Positions 45,411-54,745 of a stretch of DNA of 64,000 nt are shown piece after piece; position 1 is the first letter of the stretch; each line of letters begins with the position of its first letter. Position numbers and translations under genes: made by a program. The notes under the pieces were generated by a model. The model saw only the letters and a list, made by a program, of their open reading frames with translations. It was not told the DNA's origin and did no database searches. The DNA comes from an uncultured Piscirickettsiaceae bacterium. Its GTDB lineage: Bacteria; Pseudomonadota; Gammaproteobacteria; PS1; Pseudothioglobaceae. The stretch lies in assembly GCA_964647705.1 (NCBI GenBank), contig CAZYIW010000003.1:4380-68379 (forward strand), given 5' to 3'.

Positions 45411-46703
45411 ATGAGTACTCGCGCGAAAATTTCTAAGCAAATACTCTATCAGCTGCCTAAAAATCCAAAAACCTACCTTTATATATTTCTATCAACTTTA
45501 GTGAGTGTTTTGGCGATTGCTTTTTTTCTTGAGCTGGCTAACAACGCACAACACATCTTTAAAAAACTCAATAACTCAACACCCTACCTAACTCTGGTTT
45601 TAACACCCATAGTTTTTGCTGCAATTTTATATTTTGATAAAAAAACCACTGGTTTTATTGGTGGTAGTGGTATACCGCAACTGATTGCCGCCACCGATTC
45701 ACGCAATAGAGAAATTAGATTATTGCTTTTGTCTTTTAAGATTGCAATTAGTAAAATATTTCTAGTTGCACTTGCTGTTTTGACAGGTGCATCGGTTAGT
45801 TTTGGTGGGCCGAGTGTTCATGTTGGTGGTTCTATTTTTTATAATTTTTCTCACAAGATACAAATTAAGAAAAAACTATTTATTAATGCGATCATCGCCA
45901 TGGGTGGTTCTGTTGGCCTTATTATGGCATTTAATGCGCCAATGGCTGGTTTTTTATTTGCTTTTGAGGAGATTGGTAGAAACCTCAAAAGACAAGCTTT
46001 AATTCTGATTGCAATCGTTGTTTTTATTGCATATTTGATTGGCAGTTTTTATCATGGCAATTCGCCATATTTTTCTGATCTTAATGATCTGTATTTTGAC
46101 CTGCTAGATACTTGGAAGCTGTTGCCAATTATTCTAATTACCAGTGTTCTAGGTGCTATTTTTGCAAAGCTTGCCCTCTATTTAATCAAAACATTTGTGT
46201 TTTCAAAAAACACCAAAGTTATTATTTTTGCAATTATCTGTGGGTTAATTGTTGCACTTGTTAATGTGATAAACACCAATGCGTCTGGCTCTGGCGAAAA
46301 AGAGATTCTAATACTCTTATCTGGAGAAAAATTAGGCTATGAATTTATCCTTGCCAAATTCGTGGCTTCTTTGGCTTCGTTTGCATCAACAATTGCAGGT
46401 GGATTATTCATGACATCAATGTCCATAGGTGCGGCGATCGGCTCCGAATTAAGTAGTTTTTATCAACAAATCGATATCCAAATTTTGGTTTTATTTGGCA
46501 TGATTTCATATTTGTCTGCAGTTATTCGCACCCCTTTAACTGCAGCTTTTCTAGTGCTGGAGATGACGCACTCATTAGAACTGATTCTCCCTGGCATATT
46601 AATAGCATATGTCTCTGGTTATGTGTCTAAACAGATATCAGAAAAACCTATCTACGAAGCCTTGGCAGAAAATTATCTGTCTCAAACTAAAAATGCAGAT
46701 TAA
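45411..46703 (+). CDS. CLC-family chloride channel/transporter homologue (atypical gating residues)
   Basis: It has GGSGIPQ, FNAPMAGFLFAFEE, GGLFMTS and IRTPLTAAFLVLEMT. The GREGP position reads SFGGP and the MTDNY position reads MTHSL. Confidence 0.85.
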   Translation: MSTRAKISKQILYQLPKNPKTYLYIFLSTLVSVLAIAFFLELANNAQHIFKKLNNSTPYLTLVLTPIVFAAILYFDKKTTGFIGGSGIPQLIAATDSRNREIRLLLLSFKIAISKIFLVALAVLTGASVSFGGPSVHVGGSIFYNFSHKIQIKKKLFINAIIAMGGSVGLIMAFNAPMAGFLFAFEEIGRNLKRQALILIAIVVFIAYLIGSFYHGNSPYFSDLNDLYFDLLDTWKLLPIILITSVLGAIFAKLALYLIKTFVFSKNTKVIIFAIICGLIVALVNVINTNASGSGEKEILILLSGEKLGYEFILAKFVASLASFASTIAGGLFMTSMSIGAAIGSELSSFYQQIDIQILVLFGMISYLSAVIRTPLTAAFLVLEMTHSLELILPGILIAYVSGYVSKQISEKPIYEALAENYLSQTKNAD

Positions 46704-47122
46704 AACGGTTTGACAACCACAAGAATTACAACAGATATCAATATAAGTACGGGAAACTCATTGAACCATCGATAAAAAACATGAGTTTTTTCATTTTTAT
46801 CAGCTGCAAACATCTTTACCAAGTAACCACAATAAAAATGATAAGCTATGAGTAGTGCAACTAGCAACAATTTTGCATGAAGCCAGCCTTGCTTTGCATA
46901 AGCTTCCCAAGCATAACTTTCAAGTAGCCAAATCCCTAACGCTGTTGCCAGAATAAAGCTTGGCATCATGATTCCTTTGTAGAGCTTTCTTTCCATGATT
47001 TTAAACCTTTCAATACTGGCTTTATCATCACTCATGGCGTGATAAACAAACAACCTTGGCAGGTAAAAAAGCGCTGCAAACCAAGTAACAACAGTAATGA
47101 TATGAAAGGCCTTAATCCACAA
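46700..47122 (-). CDS. hemJ: Protoporphyrinogen IX oxidase HemJ (UPF0093)
   Basis: It has MLWIKAFHIITVVTWFAALFYLPRLFVYHA and 4 TM segments. The ORF extends to 47164. Confidence 0.8.
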   Translation of the reverse strand: MWIKAFHIITVVTWFAALFYLPRLFVYHAMSDDKASIERFKIMERKLYKGIMMPSFILATALGIWLLESYAWEAYAKQGWLHAKLLLVALLIAYHFYCGYLVKMFAADKNEKTHVFYRWFNEFPVLILISVVILVVVKPF

Positions 47123-47207
47123 CATAAAAACTCCAAAAACATAGGTAATATCGCTTCTGACCATTATAGTAAAATAAATCCACGATTAACTAGCATCTTC
47201 TTAAATC

Positions 47208-50200
47208 TTGAAGCAATATCGCGAAATTCCTTATAACTACACCTCTTTTTCAGATAAAGAAATTGTTTGTCGTTTTTTAGGTGATGAAGCTTGGGAGACA
47301 CTCAATCAACTCAGAGAAAATCGCAATACGGGCCGAAGTGCTCGTATGCTGTTTGAGGTTTTGGGGGATATGTGGGTGGTCAACCGTAACCCATATCTAC
47401 AAGAAGATTTAATCAAAAATAAACGACGTTGGCAGCAACTCACTGAAGCGCTGTATTCTCGACTCAATCAAATCCGTTCTCGTGCCAATGGCAATCAAAA
47501 AGTTCTGGATTTGGTTAATATTACCGATCAAGCTGTAGATGGCTTTAAACATTGTTTAAGTGAGTTTAAAAACAACAAAAATCGTATTAAAAAAGCACTA
47601 CTAAAAGTCACACACAAAAACAACATCCGCTTTGATGCTCTTTCCCGTTCTTCACACTCTACCGATGCCACAGACTGGCGTGTGGAATATCCCGCTGTTG
47701 TAATCACCCCAGACACTGAAGATGAAATGACACAAATTATCAAAACTTGTATTGATTTGGGTCTTAGTATTATTCCGCGTGGTGGTGGTACTGGTTATAC
47801 AGGTGGCGCAGTCCCTTTGGACACACAAACGGCTATTATCAATACCGAAAAACTCAACTTTATTGATCCTATTAAAACACAATCTGGCATGAGTTCAGTT
47901 AATGTGGGAGCAGGGGTTATTACCCGCCGTGTCAGTGAACTGGCACAAGCCAACAACTTGGTTTTTGCAGTCGACCCTACCTCGCAAGATGCTTGCACAA
48001 TTGGTGGCAATGTGGCCATGAACGCTGGCGGCAAAAAAGCACTGCGTTGGGGCACGACAATCGACAACCTTTTGTCATGGAAGATGGTGATGCCAAATGG
48101 CGATTGGCTAAGAGTCAAACGCCTTGAACACAACCAAGACAAAATTCAATTGCTTGAGAGTGTGAGTTTTCAACTCCATCATCTAAAAAGTGATGGAAAA
48201 ACTCTAGCCAAAACTGAAACACTAACCATCAATACCGAAAACATGCGTAAGCACGGTTTAGGTAAAGATGTGACCAATAAATTTTTAGATGGATTACCCG
48301 GAGTGCAAAAAGAAGGCTGTGATGGCTTAATCACTTCGGCAGAATTTATTCTGCATAAACCACTGGAGCATATCAATACCCTTTGTTTGGAGTTTTTCTC
48401 CCACGATCTTCACTACGCCACTACAGCAATTGTAGACATCAAAAACAGTGTTGATAACAATACCGATGTTGACTTGGTGGGCATGGAACATCTGGACGCA
48501 AGATATATAAAGGCGGTTCATTATTCCACCAAAGCCAGTCGTGTGGAACAACCCAAAATGGTGTTGTTGATTGATATTAGTAGCCATAACCAATCTGCAT
48601 TAGATCAACAAATAGAGCGAATCGAAAAAATCACCAGCGACAGAGAGGGGGAGTGCTTTGTGGCAAAACTGCCAGAAAAACGCCAACTGTTTTGGAAAGA
48701 TCGTGCAAATACTGCCGCCATCGCAGAGCATACAAATGCTTTTAAGATTAATGAAGACGTGGTTATTCCTCTTAATAAATTGGCCGATTACAACGATGGT
48801 ATAGAGCGTATTAATATTGAGCTTTCTATTGAAAATAAAATACAAACTCTAGATGAGATCAAACTCTATCTATCCGGTGTTGAAGCGCCAAATAGCCTCG
48901 TTAGAAATAAGATCGATACAGCACTTAAACTGGCTGATAAAACCCGAAAGAAATGGCACAAATACTTGAGCTCATTAACTCAAGAAAAAACCTTTAAATC
49001 TATACAAATGGGTGAAAAAGTTATCTCTTATGTTGATGAGTTTGCCAAACCATTAGAAGGTCTACTTATTGGAGACACTTTCCTAGATCTACGCAAACAT
49101 ATCCGCCAAATACATCAACAATATCGAGAACAACGTCTGTTTATTGCACTTCATATGCACGCAGGTGATGGCAATGTGCATACCAACATTCCGGTTCATT
49201 CGCACAACGTTGAGATGCTTCATCGCGCCGAATCGGTGGTTGACAATGTGATGTCCTTGGCACAAAACTTGGGTGGTGCGATCTCAGGCGAACATGGTAT
49301 TGGTATTACCAAATACCAATACCTCTCAACAGAATTCAAACAAGCTTTTGTCAGTTATAAACAAAAAATAGATCCTAACAATCATTTTAATAAGCATAAG
49401 CTGATGCCCGGCAGTGGTTTGGAAAATGCCTTTACCCCTTCTCTGCGTTTGGTAGAACAAGAAGCACTGATTCTTGAGAGCAGTGAAATTGGTGAAATTA
49501 ACGACATGGTAAAGTCTTGCTTGCGTTGTGGTAAATGTAAAGATGTATGTACCACACATGTACCTGAGGCGAATTTACTCTATTCTCCAAGAGACAAAAT
49601 TATTGGCACTAACCTTATCTCAGAAGCGTTTCTGTATGAAGAACAAACCCGTCGAGGAATTTCTGTTGATCATTTCGATGAATATAACGATGTCGCAGAT
49701 CATTGCACTATTTGCCATCGCTGTTCCAAGCCTTGTCCTGTTAATATCGACTTTGGCGATGTCTCTATTAAGATGAAGCACATTTTGCGCAGCCAAAACC
49801 AATACCAAAATAACATTGCTGGCAAAACCTCGATAGCTTATCTTAACATGACCAAACCTTGGCAAATCAGATGGACAAAAAAAATCTTGATTGACTGGGG
49901 TTATAAAGCACAACATTGGGCCAGTAAGATTTCCAAACCTTTGGTTAAAAAGCAACCCGACAAAACCGTGGGTAAACCCACTTTCTCTACTGAAGTTCTA
50001 ACAGTCTTAGACAAACCACTGCCAGTGGATACAGGGCTTAAACCGCTAAGAGATCTTTTAGATATCAACGATGCTGGCACGGTACCGATTCTGGCACACC
50101 CCGAAAAATCCAATGTCGATTCTCCCAGTGTGTTTTATTTTCCAGGTTGTGGTTCTGAAAGGCTTTATTCGCAGATTGCCCTAGCTTCAATTGCACTTTT

Positions 50201-50900
50201 GTATCACCTGGGTGTGAAAGTGGTTTTACCACCAAGTTATTTGTGTTGTGGCTACCCACAAAACGCCAGTGGTGACACCAAAAAAGGCAAAGAAATCTCC
50301 ACCAACAATCGTGTGCTGTTTCACCGTATGGCCAACACGCTTAATTATTTAGACATCTCTCATGTTATTACCTCTTGTGGCACCTGTATTGACCAATTGC
50401 TTACTTATGAACTTGGCGATATTTTCAAAAAATCGCAACTACTGGATATTCATGAATACCTTTTGTCTAACGACATCAAATTGGAAAACAATCAAGAACA
50501 ATATCTTTATCATGCACCTTGTCACGATCCAATCAAATCCGCTCAATCAGAATCAGTCATCTCGCAGATTATTGGCTCACAAGTAACAGATAATGATCGT
50601 TGTTGTGGTGAGGCGGGCTCTTTTGCTGTTGCCAGACCTGATATTGCCAAACAGGTTAAATTCAAAAAAGAAAACCAAATCAAACAACAATTAACTGCAT
50701 TAACTGGCAAGCCCAAAGCCAAAGGTGGCATAAAAATGCTCACCACTTGCCCCGCTTGTAGACAAGGTCTGTCGCGTTATAAACCCGCTACTGGCATTGA
50801 ACCTATCTACCCAGTTGAAGTGCTTGCAAAGCAAATCTTGGGTAAGGATTGGCAGAAAGACTTTACTAATTCTGTGGCAATAGAAAAAGTGTTATTGTAA
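47208..50900 (+). CDS. Fusion oxidoreductase: DUF3683 N-domain + FAD-linked oxidase (GlcD-like) + 2x[4Fe-4S] + CCG (GlcF/HdrD-like) domains
   Basis: 1230 aa with a TTG start. It has REIPYNYTSFSD (DUF3683), the FAD-binding PRGGGTGYTGGAVP, HAGDGNVH and GEHGIGITK. It also has CLRCGKCKDVC and CTICHRCSKPCP ferredoxin motifs and C-terminal CCG-type Cys clusters (YLCCGYP, DRCCGEAG). Confidence 0.85.
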   Translation: MKQYREIPYNYTSFSDKEIVCRFLGDEAWETLNQLRENRNTGRSARMLFEVLGDMWVVNRNPYLQEDLIKNKRRWQQLTEALYSRLNQIRSRANGNQKVLDLVNITDQAVDGFKHCLSEFKNNKNRIKKALLKVTHKNNIRFDALSRSSHSTDATDWRVEYPAVVITPDTEDEMTQIIKTCIDLGLSIIPRGGGTGYTGGAVPLDTQTAIINTEKLNFIDPIKTQSGMSSVNVGAGVITRRVSELAQANNLVFAVDPTSQDACTIGGNVAMNAGGKKALRWGTTIDNLLSWKMVMPNGDWLRVKRLEHNQDKIQLLESVSFQLHHLKSDGKTLAKTETLTINTENMRKHGLGKDVTNKFLDGLPGVQKEGCDGLITSAEFILHKPLEHINTLCLEFFSHDLHYATTAIVDIKNSVDNNTDVDLVGMEHLDARYIKAVHYSTKASRVEQPKMVLLIDISSHNQSALDQQIERIEKITSDREGECFVAKLPEKRQLFWKDRANTAAIAEHTNAFKINEDVVIPLNKLADYNDGIERINIELSIENKIQTLDEIKLYLSGVEAPNSLVRNKIDTALKLADKTRKKWHKYLSSLTQEKTFKSIQMGEKVISYVDEFAKPLEGLLIGDTFLDLRKHIRQIHQQYREQRLFIALHMHAGDGNVHTNIPVHSHNVEMLHRAESVVDNVMSLAQNLGGAISGEHGIGITKYQYLSTEFKQAFVSYKQKIDPNNHFNKHKLMPGSGLENAFTPSLRLVEQEALILESSEIGEINDMVKSCLRCGKCKDVCTTHVPEANLLYSPRDKIIGTNLISEAFLYEEQTRRGISVDHFDEYNDVADHCTICHRCSKPCPVNIDFGDVSIKMKHILRSQNQYQNNIAGKTSIAYLNMTKPWQIRWTKKILIDWGYKAQHWASKISKPLVKKQPDKTVGKPTFSTEVLTVLDKPLPVDTGLKPLRDLLDINDAGTVPILAHPEKSNVDSPSVFYFPGCGSERLYSQIALASIALLYHLGVKVVLPPSYLCCGYPQNASGDTKKGKEISTNNRVLFHRMANTLNYLDISHVITSCGTCIDQLLTYELGDIFKKSQLLDIHEYLLSNDIKLENNQEQYLYHAPCHDPIKSAQSESVISQIIGSQVTDNDRCCGEAGSFAVARPDIAKQVKFKKENQIKQQLTALTGKPKAKGGIKMLTTCPACRQGLSRYKPATGIEPIYPVEVLAKQILGKDWQKDFTNSVAIEKVLL

Positions 50901-50958
50901 AATGCCTTTTCGATTAACTATCAACAACTTGAGAAGAAAAATTACACAAGGAGATAAA

Positions 50959-51408
50959 ATGAAAAAATTGTTCGCTATTCTAACTGCATTGAGCTCATTT
51001 GCTGTGTTTGCAGGTGCAGATCAAATTGCCAACGAATTTAACAATTCATCAACGCCCGCTGAATTAGTCAAATCTGGTTGGGCAAGTAATGACGGTGGCA
51101 AAGGCTACAAGGTATTACAAGTGGTTGTCAAGGGCTCAGACAAAGCAGCTGAGCTTCATATCGATAACAACGGTAAAGCCATCAAAGCGTTTGATAACCT
51201 AAAAACCACAGAACCAAACTTTGATGTTGACTATCTTATGATGGCCTCATTAGACGATTGGGCTGATATGGGTACAGGAGAATCAGGCCCAATGTATCAC
51301 ATGACTTTTGGTGGTCTTTCGTTTGAAGGGCCAATGGGTGAAGCCATGAATAACATGGGACCATTTGCATCATTTCTAATCAATATTGGTAAAAATATCC
51401 AAAATTAA
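50959..51408 (+). CDS. Secreted SCP2-like small protein (tentative)
   Basis: The SD aggag is followed by the ATG at 50959 and a signal peptide MKKLFAILTALSSFAVFA. The C-terminal pattern ...MASLDDWADMGTGE..PMYHMTFGGLSFEGPMGEAM resembles the SCP2 Afm.GklkikGdm.lA motif. Confidence 0.45.
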   Translation: MKKLFAILTALSSFAVFAGADQIANEFNNSSTPAELVKSGWASNDGGKGYKVLQVVVKGSDKAAELHIDNNGKAIKAFDNLKTTEPNFDVDYLMMASLDDWADMGTGESGPMYHMTFGGLSFEGPMGEAMNNMGPFASFLINIGKNIQN

Positions 51409-51418
51409 TTGGTCACGG

Positions 51419-51778
51419 TTAAGTGCAAGCGCTGTCGTTTGCACTGACATACACCCAGGCATTTTTGCCAGATTTTAACTTTCCTCTCACACGCTTATAA
51501 TCACTCACCTCATAGTTGTCGGATTGCTCCAACTCTTTGGCAGTAATTTCAAATACTTTTCCGACTACTTCATCAACGTCGTTACAAGTTTCAACTGCAA
51601 TAGGATGATGTGTCTCACCACTGAGTAGCGTGACGCCTAAGTCTTTGATTTCTAACATCTCAAGCCGATAACCCAAAAGAGAATCATCCTTGCCCTTTAA
51701 CTCTCTATCAAAAGTCTCAATTTGAACATCCACATTTTGTAATGTGCCATAAGAAAATAGCAGTTCGATTTTGCTCAT
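51419..51778 (-). CDS. Gamma-glutamylcyclotransferase (AIG2/GGACT-like) family protein
   Basis: It has LFSYGTLQ (YGTL motif) and a D.YE..DYKR catalytic-Glu region. 119 aa. Confidence 0.7.
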   Translation of the reverse strand: MSKIELLFSYGTLQNVDVQIETFDRELKGKDDSLLGYRLEMLEIKDLGVTLLSGETHHPIAVETCNDVDEVVGKVFEITAKELEQSDNYEVSDYKRVRGKLKSGKNAWVYVSANDSACT

Positions 51779-51783
51779 TAATC

Positions 51784-52011
51784 TTATCTAGATTGGTTTT
51801 TATCCGTAACCATAATTTCACAACGAAGATCGAATTTACCTTTCGAAGGGTTTTGATCACTACACTCCCAAATAATTAAAGTGTGCAGCTCAACTTCCAA
51901 CTCTTGCATCAGCTCTGCCTCAGTTTTGAATGTAGAATCGATATTATGCATACTGGCAAAACACACATTTGAGGCAAAAAACAAAAGTAAAAGTTTTAAC
52001 AAATGTTTCAT
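51784..52011 (-). CDS. Small secreted protein (75 aa, 2 Cys), unknown
   Basis: It has a signal peptide MKHLLKLLLLFFASNVCFA and lies 5 nt upstream of the GGCT-like gene. Confidence 0.45.
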   Translation of the reverse strand: MKHLLKLLLLFFASNVCFASMHNIDSTFKTEAELMQELEVELHTLIIWECSDQNPSKGKFDLRCEIMVTDKNQSR

Positions 52012-52104
52012 TTTTTAAGTGTTTATTTTATGCATTAATCACATGATAGACCTAAAAATCTGCTTTGGCAAGGCATATAAAAATTGAGAAATTTTTAAAA
52101 TGGC

Positions 52105-53394
52105 TTATTTTTGCCGACCAACCGTCAAAATTACCAGTTTTTCGGTATCAATTAGCCTGTCGTAGGCTTTTTGGATATTCTGAGCACTAATATCCTTGAT
52201 TTTATCGGTAAAACTCGACAAATAATCCAGTGGCAGATCGTAAAAGCCAATAATAGAGAGGTAAGTGAGGATATTGGCGTTACTGGCAAGCTCTAGAGCA
52301 AAGCCACCAATGATGTTGTCCTTACCATCTTGTAGTTTTTGCGCATCAATTGGATTTTTTAAGAAATTTTCAAGTGTTTCTATTGTAATTTTTTTGGCTT
52401 TTTCGGCTTGTTCATTCTTGGTCTGTAGCTTAATCACAAAAAAACCATTCGACACCATTTTAGTAAAGTAACTATAGGCTGAATATGCCAAACCTCTTTT
52501 CTCTCGCACTTCATCGGTCACAATTGAAGTTAACCCGCTACCGCCAAAAATATGGTTACCTAAATACAATGGATAATAGTCTGGATGCAAGCGATTAACA
52601 CCCGTTTGACCAATTAACAGATGGGTTTGTTCAGATGGAAACTCGATATGATGATTGTTTGCCTGTGTTAAAGGTTGAACCATGGGGTTCTTGTCTGGTT
52701 TTTGCCCAATTCTCAGCCCATGAGAGATTTGTCTTGCCACTTGTTTGGCCTGCATCTTGGTAATATCGCCCACCAAAGCAATGGTTAGGTTTTTGGCTAC
52801 ATAATATTTTTGGTAATGCGCACGAACCTGATCAATGTCAAGAGAAGATACAGATTCCATAGTGCCAATTTTAGGATTGCCGTAAGGGTGCTGAGCAAAT
52901 ACATCTTTATCAAATGCCAATGACGCAACACTCGCAGGTGATTGTTTAGCCGCCTCAATTGCGCGAAGCGTTTGCTTTTTTTCACGGTTTAGATAGTGCC
53001 TTTTAAACACCGGTTGAGTCACAACCTCAGTGAATGTATCTAAGGCTTTTTTCATAATTTTTGGGCGTGTGAGGGTACGCATGGAAACAATGGCCATGTC
53101 TTTTAAAGATTCAGTCGAAAATTGTGCACCAACGGATTCAAATGCTTGTATGATCTGTTCTTCGTTTTTGTATTGAGTGGCTGTACCAATCAGTGTGTTG
53201 GTGATGGTAGCCAAACCAAAATTTTCTCCATCTCTTGAAGAGGCGCCATCAAAATTGAGTTGCACATCAAGCATTGGCAGACCTTTGGTTTGGGCGAAAA
53301 GAACCTTGGCGCCCTCAGGGGTTGTCCAGTATTGGATATTCAGATCCGCACGGGCCGTAGAAACCAGTAATAACAACAAAAATACAACTCTCAC
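52105..53394 (-). CDS. M16 (pitrilysin) family peptidase, non-catalytic subunit type
   Basis: It has the M16 fold pattern and a signal peptide, but the HxxEH position reads GLATITNTLIG (no His). It shares an ATGA-type overlap with the upstream M16 gene. Confidence 0.85.
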   Translation of the reverse strand: MRVVFLLLLLVSTARADLNIQYWTTPEGAKVLFAQTKGLPMLDVQLNFDGASSRDGENFGLATITNTLIGTATQYKNEEQIIQAFESVGAQFSTESLKDMAIVSMRTLTRPKIMKKALDTFTEVVTQPVFKRHYLNREKKQTLRAIEAAKQSPASVASLAFDKDVFAQHPYGNPKIGTMESVSSLDIDQVRAHYQKYYVAKNLTIALVGDITKMQAKQVARQISHGLRIGQKPDKNPMVQPLTQANNHHIEFPSEQTHLLIGQTGVNRLHPDYYPLYLGNHIFGGSGLTSIVTDEVREKRGLAYSAYSYFTKMVSNGFFVIKLQTKNEQAEKAKKITIETLENFLKNPIDAQKLQDGKDNIIGGFALELASNANILTYLSIIGFYDLPLDYLSSFTDKIKDISAQNIQKAYDRLIDTEKLVILTVGRQK

Positions 53395-54719
53395 TTAACC
53401 CCCTGAGGTATTAATTCAACCGTGTTCATTTGATGAAAATCGAGATATTTTTTTGCCATATTGGAAACCTGCAAGTGATCTACCTGATCCATCTTTTCCA
53501 CATATTCAAACAAGGTTTCAACACCCAAACCAATTGTGGACAACATACCCAAATAATAAGACTGGGTAGAGATTTGATCCTGCTCAAAAACAAAGCCGGC
53601 TTCAATTTGTGCTTTGGTACGTCCAAGCTCTGGCTTGATGAGATGAGGTCGGGTGATTAACTCGCCAACTTGTGCTTTGATTGCGTCAATAACCTGTTTA
53701 TTGTCTATGCCTTTGGCTGGAATAAAACTGATGGTAAATAGTGTGTCAAATTTGTCATACAAGCGATAACCCACACCAATGCTTGAGGCGATTTGTTTGT
53801 TACGAATAAGCCCCTTAGACAAACCATTGTCCAACACATAAGCCAACATTTCTAATTGGTAGGTTTCATCTTTATGGCTTGCTGTTTTTAAGCTGGGTAC
53901 TGCAAAGCTCATCACATAAAAAGGCAATTCAGCTTTGAGTTTTAAAACCTTAGACTGCCCTGTCTTTAAAATAGATGGGCGTCTTGGATTCGATTCTATG
54001 GCCGGATTGTGATGATAATTGGCAAAATATTTTTTTGCCAAATTGATAACATTTTGCGCCTCAACATCGCCTACCACTACCAATGTTGCATTGTTCGGCG
54101 CATAAAAACGCTCATACCAATCTCTTAGATCGCTAAGGCTAATACTTTCAATATCCTTTTGAAAACCAATAACCGGTGAATGGTAAGCGCCGTTTTCATC
54201 ATAAGAGATAAGACGCAGATTCTCATAGACTTTGGCATTGGGGTTGTCTTCTACACGCTGACGTCTCTCTTCAATCACCACTTGACGTTCTTTAGCCAAC
54301 TCTGGGTTAGCAAAAGTTAAATTACGCATGCGATCGGCTTCCATTTTGATGGCCAGTTCCAATTTAGATTTGTGCATTTTTTGATAATAAGCAGTGAAAT
54401 CTTTGGAAGTGAAGGCGTTGTCATCTCCGCCGTTTCTGGCAATAATCTCAGAGAACTCACCCGCTTTGTATTGTTTGGTACCTTTAAACATCATATGTTC
54501 TAACAAATGCGAGATACCCGTAACAGGCTGTTTTTCATCACTGGCGCCTACGGCATACCACAGCTGAGAGATAAAAACTGGGGCACGGCGATCGGCCTTA
54601 ACAACAATCTTTAGCCCGTTATCTAAAGTAGCTTGTGTAATGCTGTGTTTTTGTAAATCAAGCGCACTGGCAAATAAAGAGTGCCCCAAAGCAAAGAATA
54701 GTAAAATTAACGCTTTCAT
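53391..54719 (-). CDS. M16 (pitrilysin) family zinc peptidase, catalytic subunit type
   Basis: It has the inverted zinc motif GISHLLEHMMFKGT. The signal peptide MKALILLFFALGHSLFASA starts at 54719. The ORF extends to 54746. Confidence 0.9.
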   Translation of the reverse strand: MKALILLFFALGHSLFASALDLQKHSITQATLDNGLKIVVKADRRAPVFISQLWYAVGASDEKQPVTGISHLLEHMMFKGTKQYKAGEFSEIIARNGGDDNAFTSKDFTAYYQKMHKSKLELAIKMEADRMRNLTFANPELAKERQVVIEERRQRVEDNPNAKVYENLRLISYDENGAYHSPVIGFQKDIESISLSDLRDWYERFYAPNNATLVVVGDVEAQNVINLAKKYFANYHHNPAIESNPRRPSILKTGQSKVLKLKAELPFYVMSFAVPSLKTASHKDETYQLEMLAYVLDNGLSKGLIRNKQIASSIGVGYRLYDKFDTLFTISFIPAKGIDNKQVIDAIKAQVGELITRPHLIKPELGRTKAQIEAGFVFEQDQISTQSYYLGMLSTIGLGVETLFEYVEKMDQVDHLQVSNMAKKYLDFHQMNTVELIPQGVK

Positions 54720-54745
54720 ACAGATGTTAATTATAGAGAAAACCA

